The notes under the pieces are model-generated. The model was not told where the DNA came from and did not search any database. It was given only the letters and a program-made list of their open reading frames with translations. The translations under genes and the position numbers were made by a program. Positions 1 to 10,484 of a stretch of 64,000 nucleotides of DNA are shown piece after piece; positions within the stretch are counted from its first letter, which is position 1; every line of letters starts with the position of its first letter. Source of the DNA: a virus (Duplodnaviria > Caudoviricetes); IMG/VR virus record IMGVR_UViG_2830247124_000001, positions 1 through 64,000 of that record; one strand, given 5' to 3'.

Positions 1-576
1 ATACTCAATCGACTCTGGAAGTCCCATTTGCTCAGGACTGAGCCCAAAAGCGATGTTCATAAGCACCATACCAATGATCTCCGCTTCTATCTCGTACGTC
101 TTGTTGACGACCTTCGGAATTTTCTCCATCTCCAGCGCCGGTCGCTTCGCGTCCCTGCCAAAACCATTGCCTATGACGTGCCCTAGCTCGTGTGCAAGAA
201 TGAAGGTTTGTGGCGTCACAAGTCCATTGGGATAGACCTCCTTCCGTCCCATGACGTAGGGCCAGGAGGGGGAGTTGACGTTCAGGTCAATGCGGCGAAG
301 GGGCGTTAGATGTATGACCCTCGGGTTTTTGAAAGTAACCCATCCCCTGACAGTGTTTCCCATCCCCGGCGGTGCCCTCTCCACGATGATCTTGTCTGGA
401 CGTGGGAGACTGTGGTCCAGCATACGGAGCAAAAAGCGTTTCTCGCTCCAAGACAAAGCGTCGTCTTTCTCCACCACGGTCACCCCTGCGGTATTTGGGC
501 TTGGCGTTGGCAACTGCGCATTGGCTTCAGCGACGACCAAAGAGAAAGCGATAAGTGCCAATACGAGAGTTCTCAT
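1..576 (-). CDS. Secreted zinc metallopeptidase-like protein (runs off window edge)
   Basis: Manually translated: MRTLVLALIAFSLVVAEANAQ signal peptide, AHELGH (HExxH) and downstream EIEAE. Confidence 0.65.
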   Translation of the reverse strand, partial: MRTLVLALIAFSLVVAEANAQLPTPSPNTAGVTVVEKDDALSWSEKRFLLRMLDHSLPRPDKIIVERAPPGMGNTVRGWVTFKNPRVIHLTPLRRIDLNVNSPSWPYVMGRKEVYPNGLVTPQTFILAHELGHVIGNGFGRDAKRPALEMEKIPKVVNKTYEIEAEIIGMVLMNIAFGLSPEQMGLPESIEY

Positions 577-692
577 GGCGTTGCCATACTGGTCGGGGTA
601 AGGTGTCATGGATTGAAGCACCTGTGGCTGCGCGTATCAAGTCTCCACGCGCAGCCGGTGAGGGCTATCTCTAATGCGGTTCTTGCGCAGCT

Positions 693-3671
693 TTACGCAA
701 GGTCAACAGTGCAGGACTTCCCGGAGCAGAACTTTTCGATGTCCGGTTCGCTGCCGGTTACCGAGGAGAAGTCGATCTCGTCCACGTCTTCTGCGCGGCG
801 CTCGTACTCCTCCTCGTCGATGGGCTCGTAGGGAAGCTGGGCGTAGGCCCCACCTCCGTCGCCGCTCATGTCGAACTTCGGCAGGAAGGAAACTCCCTTG
901 AGTTGGAACTGGAAGTATTCGAGGGCGCGGGCGATCTCATCTGCCACCTCGTCATTGGCACGAGTGGCGTCGAACGAGATGGTGGAGCTTACCTGATTGT
1001 CGGCCCACTCCCGCTGGAGGAAGGCAGCCATCGAAAGCTGCTCCCACATCGACACCTCATCGACGGTGCGCATGTCCTCCTGGATCTGGACCGGGAACTC
1101 GACCACCATCGAGGAGTCGTCTGCCTCATCCGGCTCAACCGGGTAGCCTGCCTCACGGATTGGGGGCAGAAGCTCCGATCCCTTCTGAAGGCGAATGCGC
1201 CGGATGTAGGTCGTGTGCTCGGGCCAGTGCATTCCTGGGGTGGCTCCCGCCAGAATGCTCACTGTGCCAGAGGGCTTGACGCTGGTGGTCTTCACCGAGC
1301 GGGGCACGGCCATCCACTCCGAGTAGATGCGGTCGTACTCCTGGATAACGTCGTATCCCTCGTCGAGCCACTCCTGTAGCTCGCCCAGTCCACGGCTCTC
1401 GGTAAACTGCGTCACTCCAGTCACGGAGGTTCCGATGCGCCGGTTGCGCTGCATGACGCGATTGGACTCGGCCCAGTGGACTTGCCCCAGGGTGACGGTC
1501 TTCGCGTACAGGTAGGCAAACTTGAGCGTGCGGTGGTAGTCTTTCTTCGAGTCGTGGTGGTTGGGGTACGTCTCCACCAGGGTGCAAAGCTCTTTGTCTT
1601 CGAGCGTCTGCTCCAGGCATGGATTTCCGCCTTCCGCACGCCGGTCATCGTTGTTGATCGGGTCCTTCATCCGACCGTACTTCCTCATGTTTTCGAGCCA
1701 TGCGTATCCGGGCTCTCCGTTGGCCGCTGTTCGGGACGCCGGTGCAAAGTAGCCTTGGCCGACCTCCGCGAAGATTGAGTTGTTCGAGGCCCACCCGTAC
1801 TCCTTTCGTTCGGGGTTCTTGTCGTAGTCTTTCAGGTCCAAGAACTCCTCGTTGGAGGGGTCGGCAAATGCAATCTCGGCGGTGCGCCGCACGTTGCCTG
1901 CGATCACGCACTGGCCAATCTGGTTCATGATGTCCACGACCGTGCGCGTCGATACCGTGTCCCCAGCGTTCCGAGACAGCCCATCTCTGATCTGGTTGTG
2001 CAGGCGCTTCAAGGGGTCCGGGCCGCTGGCCGTGCCGCCGAATCCCTTGATTGGCTCTCCACGGGGGCGGATCTCGCTGTAGTCAAAGTCGATCTGCGGG
2101 CCGCCGGTGATGAAGTTCTCGATCAGTTGGCCAATCGACTCGACCCAGCCTTCCCTGGAGTCCGGTACGGTGTGCTGGACGGTCGCGTCCCCAATGCCTT
2201 GAACTCGCCGGGTGCCCACTCCCTTCGTGTCGAACCCGACGCCTACCCCGAGCATCGACATGTCCATCAGGTAGCGGAAGCTCTTCGACGGGTCGTCCGA
2301 CGCAATGTCCTTGGTCGAGGTGAATGCGCAGTTGTGTGTCAGGATATTTCCTGCCAGCGTGAAATTGTTGCTGTCAGGAACCGTAGCGCAGTAGACTTCC
2401 TCGACACGGTCGGTTTCTTCGACTGACACCACGTTCCAGTGGCGTTTGTACTTGTCCGGGTCGAAATTCTCCCGGTGTGCCGAGATGAGAAAGAAAGACT
2501 CGTCTATTGTCTCAGGCACGAGGTTGACACTGTACATCGTATGGTCTTCCCCGGTCAGGTTTGACTCTCGGGTCTCCTCTCGAATATCATAAACCCCAAT
2601 TCCAAGGATCGCGGCCACGTCTCGGAAGCGTTCTATTGCCTGACGGTCGGCACTCTTCATGTAGATTCCGCCATTACGATCCACCGATCCATCAGCAGCA
2701 AAGTATCCTGCCGCCCATCCGTAGAGGTAAGACCTCCCCTCTTCCATTGATGGCAGATCCTTGTAGTATTTCGGGAGATCAGCAACCCTTGTCTGACCCT
2801 CAGTGCCGTTGGTTTTGGGGTTCTGTGGGAAATACTGACTCATTTCCTGATCCTTTTCTCCGCACAACACAGCGACAGCCGAATTTACTTCGATTGTGCC
2901 ATCACCGTAAGTAAACCCATGCTGGATCCCTTGTGGGGAGGGACGAACCTGAGACGTTCCCTGTCCGAACTGATAGCGTAAACGACTACCTTCTTCCAGT
3001 TCATCAGTCTCAACTTCACTGAACCCCTTGCTGTGGTTCACGTCCGACTGCGTCTTTGCGTACCAGACGTGATCTGGTGTTGCGTGTATGGTCTTCTCCA
3101 CACCCTGCCGACGAAGTGTAATCTTCCGAAGGTCCTGTTCCCCAAATGATCTGACTGGCGCATCAACCCATTGGCCGTTCTCGCTGAGGACCGTCACGTC
3201 ACGTCCCGCCAGATCACCGATCTCCTTAATTCCATTTCGAGTGATGATCTCTGTCTCTCGGGCAAAGCAGTTGTTGAGTGCTGCGTACAGCCCCTTGTCT
3301 TCCGTCAGGGGAGTACCCATCGCCCAGAACCCGCGCCCCGGCGGCGTGAACTTGAACTGCCAGATCCGCTCGAACATCTCTTGAGCGGAGCGCTGGGCCT
3401 TGTCGGGGTTCCACCCGAGCCCATTGTCCATGATCCACTTCTTCTGCATCGTGTACGTCCCGTTCACCATGCGCGAGAGCATCTCGAAGAAGCTCTCGTT
3501 AGGCGAACTATTGGGATTCTCCGGGTCCAGTGGGCGGGAGTAGCGGCTCATGAAGGTGAATTTACTGAGCCCTTCCCACCCCCAGTTCGGCTCCCCACCG
3601 GCGTACTTCCGAAGGAAGCTCTCGTTGAGTTCAAACTTATCGATCTTGCTCTGAGTCTTGTGTGCGTACAT
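693..3671 (-). CDS. nrdJ: Class II (B12-dependent, monomeric type) ribonucleotide reductase with intein
   Basis: FTPPGRG, NN|C, GNVRRTAEI, GGNPCLEQ, TSVKPSGT, C-terminal CxxxxC. Confidence 0.95.
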   Translation of the reverse strand: MYAHKTQSKIDKFELNESFLRKYAGGEPNWGWEGLSKFTFMSRYSRPLDPENPNSSPNESFFEMLSRMVNGTYTMQKKWIMDNGLGWNPDKAQRSAQEMFERIWQFKFTPPGRGFWAMGTPLTEDKGLYAALNNCFARETEIITRNGIKEIGDLAGRDVTVLSENGQWVDAPVRSFGEQDLRKITLRRQGVEKTIHATPDHVWYAKTQSDVNHSKGFSEVETDELEEGSRLRYQFGQGTSQVRPSPQGIQHGFTYGDGTIEVNSAVAVLCGEKDQEMSQYFPQNPKTNGTEGQTRVADLPKYYKDLPSMEEGRSYLYGWAAGYFAADGSVDRNGGIYMKSADRQAIERFRDVAAILGIGVYDIREETRESNLTGEDHTMYSVNLVPETIDESFFLISAHRENFDPDKYKRHWNVVSVEETDRVEEVYCATVPDSNNFTLAGNILTHNCAFTSTKDIASDDPSKSFRYLMDMSMLGVGVGFDTKGVGTRRVQGIGDATVQHTVPDSREGWVESIGQLIENFITGGPQIDFDYSEIRPRGEPIKGFGGTASGPDPLKRLHNQIRDGLSRNAGDTVSTRTVVDIMNQIGQCVIAGNVRRTAEIAFADPSNEEFLDLKDYDKNPERKEYGWASNNSIFAEVGQGYFAPASRTAANGEPGYAWLENMRKYGRMKDPINNDDRRAEGGNPCLEQTLEDKELCTLVETYPNHHDSKKDYHRTLKFAYLYAKTVTLGQVHWAESNRVMQRNRRIGTSVTGVTQFTESRGLGELQEWLDEGYDVIQEYDRIYSEWMAVPRSVKTTSVKPSGTVSILAGATPGMHWPEHTTYIRRIRLQKGSELLPPIREAGYPVEPDEADDSSMVVEFPVQIQEDMRTVDEVSMWEQLSMAAFLQREWADNQVSSTISFDATRANDEVADEIARALEYFQFQLKGVSFLPKFDMSGDGGGAYAQLPYEPIDEEEYERRAEDVDEIDFSSVTGSEPDIEKFCSGKSCTVDLA
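2331..3269 (-). mobile_element. Intein with LAGLIDADG homing endonuclease in nrdJ (313 aa)
   Basis: Starts CFARETEII, block B TPDHVW, GFTYGDG and AGYFAADG motifs, ends ILTHN before Cys. Confidence 0.93.
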
Positions 3672-3784
3672 CTACGTTCGCTGATTTGGGATTAGAGAGT
3701 TCAAATAATTATTTGACTTTCGACCCCTTCAGGTCTTTGATTGAAGGTAATGATGGAATTCAAACTAGGAGTATAAGTTCCGAG

Positions 3785-6469
3785 CTATTCCGGACGCTCC
3801 GGGATTTCCGGAGTCTCCACGTCCGTCAGTGGCTTCCGGGCCCGCCGGATCTTGATCTCAATTGGCTCGGGGTCGAACCCGAACATGTCTTCTTCCCCGA
3901 ACACTTGGCGAAACTCATTCTCGTCGAAGAATATCTCGAACTTCGAGGCGAATGTGTCCAGCCGGTCGAGGTAATACTCCGTGTCCTCGTCCTGATCTTC
4001 CTCGTAGTGGCGTACGTGCTTGGCCTTGTCGCCGACGTTGCCATTGCCCTGCGCCACATAATACTTGACGCGGTCGCCAATCTGGTACTCCGCGTGGCCT
4101 GCCTTCTCGTCTCGTATGGCCACCTCGAACCGGGCCTGCCGCGAGTGGTACCCGCTGCCTGAGCCATGCTTTTCAAATTTCTCGACCGTGGCGGTGTACT
4201 CTTCGAAGGTCTCCTTGAGGCTCTTCTTTTTCCAGAAGTCCTCGACGTCCCAGTCCGAGCGCTTGATGCGCTCTCGGTGCTGGAGGTACGTGTCGTGCAT
4301 CTTCTGTACGTCCCGCTCCATGAGGGCCACCAGGATGTCCTCCACGAAGTCCCGCCCGAACTGCTCGGAGGAGCGGCCCATGAGGCTACCCCCCTTGATC
4401 TTCATGTCGGAGGGGTCCTGGTCGTATTTCTTGAGCGCGTAGTTCTTCTTCTTGTACGAGATCATGCGCTCAAATGAGCCGTCGTGGTCGATCTCGATTC
4501 CCTTCGGCAGGCGCTCGGTTAGGTCCCGGACGTACTTAGCCTCGGACTCCTCGTCTCTGGGGATCCTCATGTTGTCCTCCCCAGTCTCCGGATCCACCGG
4601 CGTGAAGATGACCCCGTCGGTGTCGCACTCGATGATCGTCCCGCCATCGGCCTCAATCTCTGCGATCATCATCTTCAGAAGCGTCTGGCCGGTCTCGGCC
4701 ACGCGGTCGGCCTCGCCTATCGCGTTCCAGCTAAATATCTGGAACCCAAGGGAGCCGTAGAACGAGTTAATTAAAATTTTATATGAAGACTGCTTCGCGT
4801 CGAGTACCTCGATCTGAGCGGCGATCTCCTCGATTTTCTCCTCGGAGTATTCTCCCTTCCGTGGAGGCATGGCCGTATCTCTGTCCTGGACGTTGTTCTT
4901 GGCTTTCTTGTACTCGTCCTTCAGGTCGCGCATGTCCCCCTTCACCTCCAGGCGCATTTCGGTAAGCTCATCCAAGGCCCGCTCGAAAAAATGGAGTGGG
5001 TCTTTCGACTCGGGGGGCTGGCAGTTGTACTCTAGCATGATGGAGGGGTAGAGGCTCGACACGTCGGCGTAGATCAGCCGGTCGATGACGCCGGTCATGT
5101 AGATGTCCGTGTACCCGCCGGTGCTCTGTACCCCTTCGTCTGGGGTGGGGATCGACTGCCTCTTGCGCAGGTACTCCCGCACGAACAGGTTCTCGATCAC
5201 GGTGGCCGTCCCCAGGCGCTCGACGTCGTGATAGGGCGCAGGCAGGACCTGTGACAGGTAGAAGGGGCTCTCTGACAGGATCTTCCCCAGGGCCCGCGTC
5301 TCCTTGACGTCGTCTAGGGCGTAGACCACAAGCTCTTCTGGGTCCTCGTCCCAGTAGTCCGCGATCTCTTCTCCCTCGATGTAGGTGCGGTCCTCTGTCT
5401 CTCCAGTCCCGGCGGCGACGCCAAAGTGACGGGCCGACTCTTTCAGCGTGTGGCTCTTCATCTCCCGAGCGAAAACGTCGTAGCCCAGCACCAGGAAGTA
5501 GACGTCGATGACCGACCGGCCAGCAATGTCTACCATCTCGTACTCGACGTCCCGCTCGGCGAAGGTGCGCTGGCTCTCCCACGTAAAGGGCTCGGACCCG
5601 TCCCGCCCCACACCGAAAGGAAGGTCGTGCATCTCACACCGGTCGAGGATGTAGGGCAGGTCGAAGTTGAACCCGTTGAAGGTCTCGATCACGTCGGGGT
5701 CCGTCGCCACAATGCAGTCCTCCAGGCCCACCAGAAGCGTCTCCTCGTCCGGGTAGAGGTGTATTTCTGCGCCGGGAAGCCGGTCCCGCAGGTCGTTGAT
5801 CCTCATGCCCTTGTCCTGCGTGAGGATAATCTCCTCGCCCCTGTTGTCTGTGAGGCTCACCATGATAATCTCGTCTTCCTCCCGGTCTGCGTCGGGGAAC
5901 TGCTCGGTCGAGGAGTAGACCTCGATGTCCAGTTGCATCCGGTGGACGTCCCCCAGGGTCATGTCCAGGAAGAACGTCATCCCCGACTGGATCTGGAATT
6001 GGCGGATGATCGACCCGGCGAGGTAGACCTCTTCGATCTTTCTGTGGTCGTAGTCAAGCTCGCCGGTCTCCGGGTCTGGCTCCGGGGCCTCGTACCCAAA
6101 CTGCGTGTAGAGCCAGTCCAGCGCGTCGGAGTATGCGCCCCACTGCTGAAACGCCACAAGGTACTCGTACCGCCCGTCCCCTCCCAGGCTCTGGAAGCTG
6201 AACTTCTCCCGCCCGAAGTTTTCGAGCATCTCGATGGCCTTCTGGTCCGCGAAGAAGAAGGGGTATAGCTGGTGGTCCTCGTAGGTCACCGCCTCTCCCT
6301 GGCGGATGTAGACGCGGATGTAGACCCCGCTGTCTTCGAACATGGGGGTCATGCCGACGATGTTGGGCGTCGGGTCCTCCCCGTACAGAAAGCTGAGGTC
6401 CGGGTCCGCGAACTTCGGCATCTCATCCGGGCGAGAATCGACGGTCATTTGTGCTGCTTCTGGGGCCAT
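3785..6469 (-). CDS. polB: Family B DNA polymerase with 3'-5' exonuclease
   Basis: LDIEV, FNGFNFDLPY, YADVSSLYPS, KILINSFYG, CDTDG motifs. Confidence 0.93.
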   Translation of the reverse strand: MAPEAAQMTVDSRPDEMPKFADPDLSFLYGEDPTPNIVGMTPMFEDSGVYIRVYIRQGEAVTYEDHQLYPFFFADQKAIEMLENFGREKFSFQSLGGDGRYEYLVAFQQWGAYSDALDWLYTQFGYEAPEPDPETGELDYDHRKIEEVYLAGSIIRQFQIQSGMTFFLDMTLGDVHRMQLDIEVYSSTEQFPDADREEDEIIMVSLTDNRGEEIILTQDKGMRINDLRDRLPGAEIHLYPDEETLLVGLEDCIVATDPDVIETFNGFNFDLPYILDRCEMHDLPFGVGRDGSEPFTWESQRTFAERDVEYEMVDIAGRSVIDVYFLVLGYDVFAREMKSHTLKESARHFGVAAGTGETEDRTYIEGEEIADYWDEDPEELVVYALDDVKETRALGKILSESPFYLSQVLPAPYHDVERLGTATVIENLFVREYLRKRQSIPTPDEGVQSTGGYTDIYMTGVIDRLIYADVSSLYPSIMLEYNCQPPESKDPLHFFERALDELTEMRLEVKGDMRDLKDEYKKAKNNVQDRDTAMPPRKGEYSEEKIEEIAAQIEVLDAKQSSYKILINSFYGSLGFQIFSWNAIGEADRVAETGQTLLKMMIAEIEADGGTIIECDTDGVIFTPVDPETGEDNMRIPRDEESEAKYVRDLTERLPKGIEIDHDGSFERMISYKKKNYALKKYDQDPSDMKIKGGSLMGRSSEQFGRDFVEDILVALMERDVQKMHDTYLQHRERIKRSDWDVEDFWKKKSLKETFEEYTATVEKFEKHGSGSGYHSRQARFEVAIRDEKAGHAEYQIGDRVKYYVAQGNGNVGDKAKHVRHYEEDQDEDTEYYLDRLDTFASKFEIFFDENEFRQVFGEEDMFGFDPEPIEIKIRRARKPLTDVETPEIPERPE

Positions 6470-6481
6470 GTGGTGCTGTTT

Positions 6482-7678
6482 CTACATTGATTCGAGAAAG
6501 CCGAAGGTATCCATCTCCTCTTTCGGGTCTTTTTTCTCTTCTTCTCGGTCGGGCTCCAGCCCCTTTTCGATCCGTTTCATGACGGTCCGCATCTTATCGT
6601 AGACCGGATCGATGCTTTCGCTTACCCCCTCTCCGCTGACCATGCGGCCAGAGCTTTTTTTCCTTTTTGGTTGGCCGCCCTCACGAATCGATTCGACTCG
6701 GGTCGCGGCAAAACGGCTCTTCAGTGTGCTTAGAATCTTCGATTCGAAAGCGGACTTTGTCATGCACTCGTCGCCGTGCTCCTCCGCATTTGCGAACAGC
6801 CGACGCAGCACGTCTCTCGCCACCGACCGTCCCCGAATCCGAAAAAGCTCCACGCCCCATTCTTCAAAGTCCTCTTCGGTGGGCTCATACTGGTTCTTGG
6901 CTACCCCATTTAGAACCTCGTCGTAGGGGTACGTCTTGACCGTCTCGGCAGACCAGCAGTGGTACTCTCGGATTGCGTCACAGACGTTTTCTCCCTCGGC
7001 GATCTCGTCGTTCTTCGGCGGGGCACCCGTTCCAAGTTCGTCGAAGGTCTCGAAGGTCAGGTACTCTGCCTCCGACCACTGCGCCATGAGCGTCAGGTAG
7101 GTCTCCCAGTCCACCACCCGCCGGTCCCGCAGACGGAAGTGCTCTATGTCCGCTTCTTTCAGGTCTTTCGTCCCCGCAATCCCAGACCCTCTCTTTCCTT
7201 TGCTCTTCTTTAGGACGACCTCAATGCCTTTGTCTTCGATGTAGTAGAACCCAGTGACCATCCATTCCTGGCCCCGTAGGTCGATGAACTCATCCCCAAG
7301 CATGAACGGGAACGTCCCGGTGGGGTCGTAGGGAAAAGGCATGATCGTGTCGCCCTCCGCGACCAGTCCGTTCGCGTTTCCCGGCGAAGAACCCATGTCT
7401 TTCAGCGCCACCGGCTCTTGCTCGTGGCGTTTGTCGAGGTGCCTCATCCCGCCTTCGGTTTTCCCATCGTCCCCAACCCAAAAACGCCACCCCTCTACGT
7501 GTGGAATCGACATCGCATGGTCGCCGTCCAACCCAGTCTTCAAGATGAACGGGACTGCCGAGGACACGGTCATCGACAGAAGCCCCTCAGTAACCTGGAT
7601 GGACCTCGCCCCTGCCTTCTTCTGCGTCTTCGGCTTGTGTCTGGGGGCGTATCCAAAATGCTGTCCTGATAGGTACAT
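6482..7678 (-). CDS. Hypothetical protein (start may be downstream)
   Basis: Long acidic ORF tightly packed in the minus-strand operon. Confidence 0.6.
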   Translation of the reverse strand: MYLSGQHFGYAPRHKPKTQKKAGARSIQVTEGLLSMTVSSAVPFILKTGLDGDHAMSIPHVEGWRFWVGDDGKTEGGMRHLDKRHEQEPVALKDMGSSPGNANGLVAEGDTIMPFPYDPTGTFPFMLGDEFIDLRGQEWMVTGFYYIEDKGIEVVLKKSKGKRGSGIAGTKDLKEADIEHFRLRDRRVVDWETYLTLMAQWSEAEYLTFETFDELGTGAPPKNDEIAEGENVCDAIREYHCWSAETVKTYPYDEVLNGVAKNQYEPTEEDFEEWGVELFRIRGRSVARDVLRRLFANAEEHGDECMTKSAFESKILSTLKSRFAATRVESIREGGQPKRKKSSGRMVSGEGVSESIDPVYDKMRTVMKRIEKGLEPDREEEKKDPKEEMDTFGFLESM

Positions 7679-7683
7679 GCGCC

Positions 7684-8148
7684 TTAATCCATGTTGGTGA
7701 GGAAGTGCTCGATCTCTGCCTCTTCGTCTCCAAATACAGGAACCTCCGCTTCCACCGACCCGCTTCCGCTGCTGTGCTCCCCTTGGTACTCGTAGTGCAG
7801 GATCAGTATGCGCGGCTTCCGGGAGATCAGGATCTGGCAGTACACGCCGCTGCCATCAGGCGTCATCCCAACCGGCACGTCCGCCACCTTCTGCGTCGGG
7901 CTGTCTTCGACCTCTAGCTCCAGGGCCGAGGACGCGATCTTGGCCAACTCTTGCCCGAGCACAATTTTCTTGATGATGTAGGCTTCTGGGTCGCCGGTCT
8001 TCTCTTCGACCCCCTCCTGGACTTTTTGAATCTGCCGGTCGGAGAACTCCCGGAGCTTGTCTTGCTTGTACGACGACGAGGGGCTGGAACCCCCAGCCAG
8101 GGAACTTAGAATTTCTGCCCCTCGCTTTGTGGATTCGGAATCTGCCAT
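7684..8148 (-). CDS. Hypothetical protein
   Basis: Acidic ORF in operon; 16-bp palindrome lies directly upstream of its ATG. Confidence 0.65.
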   Translation of the reverse strand: MADSESTKRGAEILSSLAGGSSPSSSYKQDKLREFSDRQIQKVQEGVEEKTGDPEAYIIKKIVLGQELAKIASSALELEVEDSPTQKVADVPVGMTPDGSGVYCQILISRKPRILILHYEYQGEHSSGSGSVEAEVPVFGDEEAEIEHFLTNMD

Positions 8149-8166
8149 GTCTCAAATAATTATTTG

Positions 8167-8203
8167 AAAGAAAAGGCGGCCACCGGTCGCCCGATGGCCG
8201 CCG
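8167..8203 (-). terminator. Intrinsic terminator
   Basis: GGCGGCCA..TGGCCGCC stem followed by a U-rich tract on the minus strand. Confidence 0.6.
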
Positions 8204-8226
8204 AAGAGTGAAGGGAAAGTCTCTGC

Positions 8227-9537
8227 TTACAGGTCCTCGGGAGTCGGAAGCTCCATGTCAAGCCACTGCCCGGTGTAGTGCCGGTGCAGATAGTTCTTAA
8301 CGAGCTTGTCGATTGAGACGTTGTACTCGGACTCGAACCAGTCCTGCCCGTTCTCGTCGAGTTCGTTGTGGTGGGTGCGGGTGAGCGGAATCGTGGACAT
8401 GTCCGAAGCCTTGCTTGCCACTCCCTTCTTGCCGCTTGTGTGCGCCGGGTCGTGAGAAGGCTTCCCGTTGATCGGATCCGGGAAGTCTCGAATGAAGTCC
8501 ATGTAATGGTCCGAGCGGGGCGTGTCCTCGGCGGCCTCGTCTCCGGTCGTGTCGAAGATCCCGCTATCCCGCAGCGACTTCATGACGCGCTCGGCCTTGG
8601 CGGTCAGTCCCTTGGCCTCTTGCCGGTCTTCCTCGCTGGCCTGATCGACCATGCCAACGACTTCTTCCACGCCGTTGAGGGCCTTCTCCGTCTTCCTCAT
8701 CAGCTTGTTCTTGATCTCCTCGTTCTCCTCCTCGGTCTTGTCCTCGGAGGGGACGTCGTCCTGCATCGACTCGACGACCTTGTACCAGGGCTTGATGCCG
8801 TCGTCGGCCTCCCGGAGGAAGTCTTTGAACATCGAAATGTTGTGGTCGAAGTGGTCCACCACTCGCTTCGCTTCCCGCAAAGTATTCGCGTTCACGCCGG
8901 TCGCCTCTTCGAGCTTCTTCATCGTGCCCTCCCCATGCTTGACGGGAGTGGCCGCAGCAATCAGCCCCTGCTTCCAACGGAGCGTCATCACCGACATCTT
9001 GTGATCGGTGATCTCCCCGCCCATCTCCGAAAGCTCGGAGAGCGCCCACTCAATTCCCAGTTCGTCTAGGCTTATGTCCTGGGTCTTGAGGGCGGACTTG
9101 AGGCTCTGGGAAATCTCTGCCCCGTCTTCCTCTTCCTCTGGGCTGAACGTCTCGATGTCGTCGTCCTCCCCCTCGAAGCCGTCGCCGTCTACCCAGTCGG
9201 CCTCCACGTCGTCATCCGCGTCTTCGCCGGTCGTCTCTTCGGAAGTGCTCTCCTCAAGCTCTTCCTCTCGCTTCTTGATAAGCTGGGTGGCAAGGATCTC
9301 TCGGTCTGCGTCCTCGGACGCCTTGATGCCGTACTCCTCCTCCAGTGCCTCGACGATCTCGGCGACGTCCATGCCAGAAAGAATCTCGTCTGGGTTGTCG
9401 TCCACCACCCCGTCTTCAGTGATGTCTCCCAAGACGTCCTCTTCCTCGCCCGCCACGCCGTTGCCCTCGTCAAATTCAGGGAGGTCCTCCTCGTACCCAA
9501 GATCCGGAGAATCGAAGTCAAAGTCGGTGTCAGCCAT
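8227..9537 (-). CDS. Acidic protein with C-terminal DUF968/HNH-like domain
   Basis: YMDFIR..P...GKP.HDPAH..G..KASD..TIPL.R.HHNEL resembles DUF968 but lacks the usual Cys residues. Confidence 0.6.
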   Translation of the reverse strand: MADTDFDFDSPDLGYEEDLPEFDEGNGVAGEEEDVLGDITEDGVVDDNPDEILSGMDVAEIVEALEEEYGIKASEDADREILATQLIKKREEELEESTSEETTGEDADDDVEADWVDGDGFEGEDDDIETFSPEEEEDGAEISQSLKSALKTQDISLDELGIEWALSELSEMGGEITDHKMSVMTLRWKQGLIAAATPVKHGEGTMKKLEEATGVNANTLREAKRVVDHFDHNISMFKDFLREADDGIKPWYKVVESMQDDVPSEDKTEEENEEIKNKLMRKTEKALNGVEEVVGMVDQASEEDRQEAKGLTAKAERVMKSLRDSGIFDTTGDEAAEDTPRSDHYMDFIRDFPDPINGKPSHDPAHTSGKKGVASKASDMSTIPLTRTHHNELDENGQDWFESEYNVSIDKLVKNYLHRHYTGQWLDMELPTPEDL

Positions 9538-9710
9538 ATCGAGTATTTTGTCAGTGCGTGTGAGTTTGTCGCTGTTGGAGTTCAATCAATAGCTTCCAAC
9601 ATCCTGGCGTTCCAACATTAGACTCTTCTTCACACAATCGCCTTTCCCGAGCCTTCAGAAGTTATTATCATGCTGGTCCAGAATCTTCTTCTACAACACT
9701 ATTCTAGCTG

Positions 9711-10484
9711 ATGCACACGCTGGCATTTGCAACGCAGAAGGGAGGCGTCGGAAAGACGAGCACTCTCGTCGGGGTCACCGAGACCCTCGTCGAAAAGGGA
9801 AAGGATGTGCTCGTGGTCGATGCGGACGCCCAGGCCAACGCGAGCAGGTGGCTCATGCAAGAGGGGCCCCACGAGTACGACCCAGAAGCGACCCTGCTAC
9901 ACGCTGCGGACCCGGACGCGCCTGTTTTTGAGGCCGAGTCCCTGGAAGAGACAGACCTGGGGGCCGACCTCATCCCGGCACACCCCCGCCAGAACTCCCG
10001 CCTTCAGAATCTTCACATGGAGAGCTACATCGACAAAGTCCTTGAGGATCTTCTCTCCTCCTCTGAGAAGCGATACGACTTTGCCTTGATAGACACCCCA
10101 CCCTACATCGGATCGCCTGTCTGGGCGGCCATGTCGGCCTCAGACCACATTGTAGTGCCGGTGCAGCTAGAAGGGCTCGCCATTGAGGGCCTAATCTCTC
10201 TCAGGAGGGCGCTCTCGGCGGCCCGCGAGCGGTTCCATACCGACGTCAACGTGCTCGGCATCTTTGCGAATCAGGTGGACGTCCGACGGGGCAGCGCTCA
10301 GGAAGGATGGGACTTCCTGAATGAGGAGTATGGTGACCTCATTTTTGATACGCGCCTTCGCCAACGTGCAGACGTGGCCCACGCCTCGACGATCAAGCAG
10401 CCTCTTCGTGAATGCGGGAGCGACCACGTCATCAACGCCTTCGATAATCTCACTGACGAAATCCTCCACCGGCTCGATGAGTGA
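9711..10484 (+). CDS. parA: ParA/Soj partition ATPase
   Basis: QKGGVGKTS, VVDADAQANAS, LIDTPP. Confidence 0.95.
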   Translation: MHTLAFATQKGGVGKTSTLVGVTETLVEKGKDVLVVDADAQANASRWLMQEGPHEYDPEATLLHAADPDAPVFEAESLEETDLGADLIPAHPRQNSRLQNLHMESYIDKVLEDLLSSSEKRYDFALIDTPPYIGSPVWAAMSASDHIVVPVQLEGLAIEGLISLRRALSAARERFHTDVNVLGIFANQVDVRRGSAQEGWDFLNEEYGDLIFDTRLRQRADVAHASTIKQPLRECGSDHVINAFDNLTDEILHRLDE

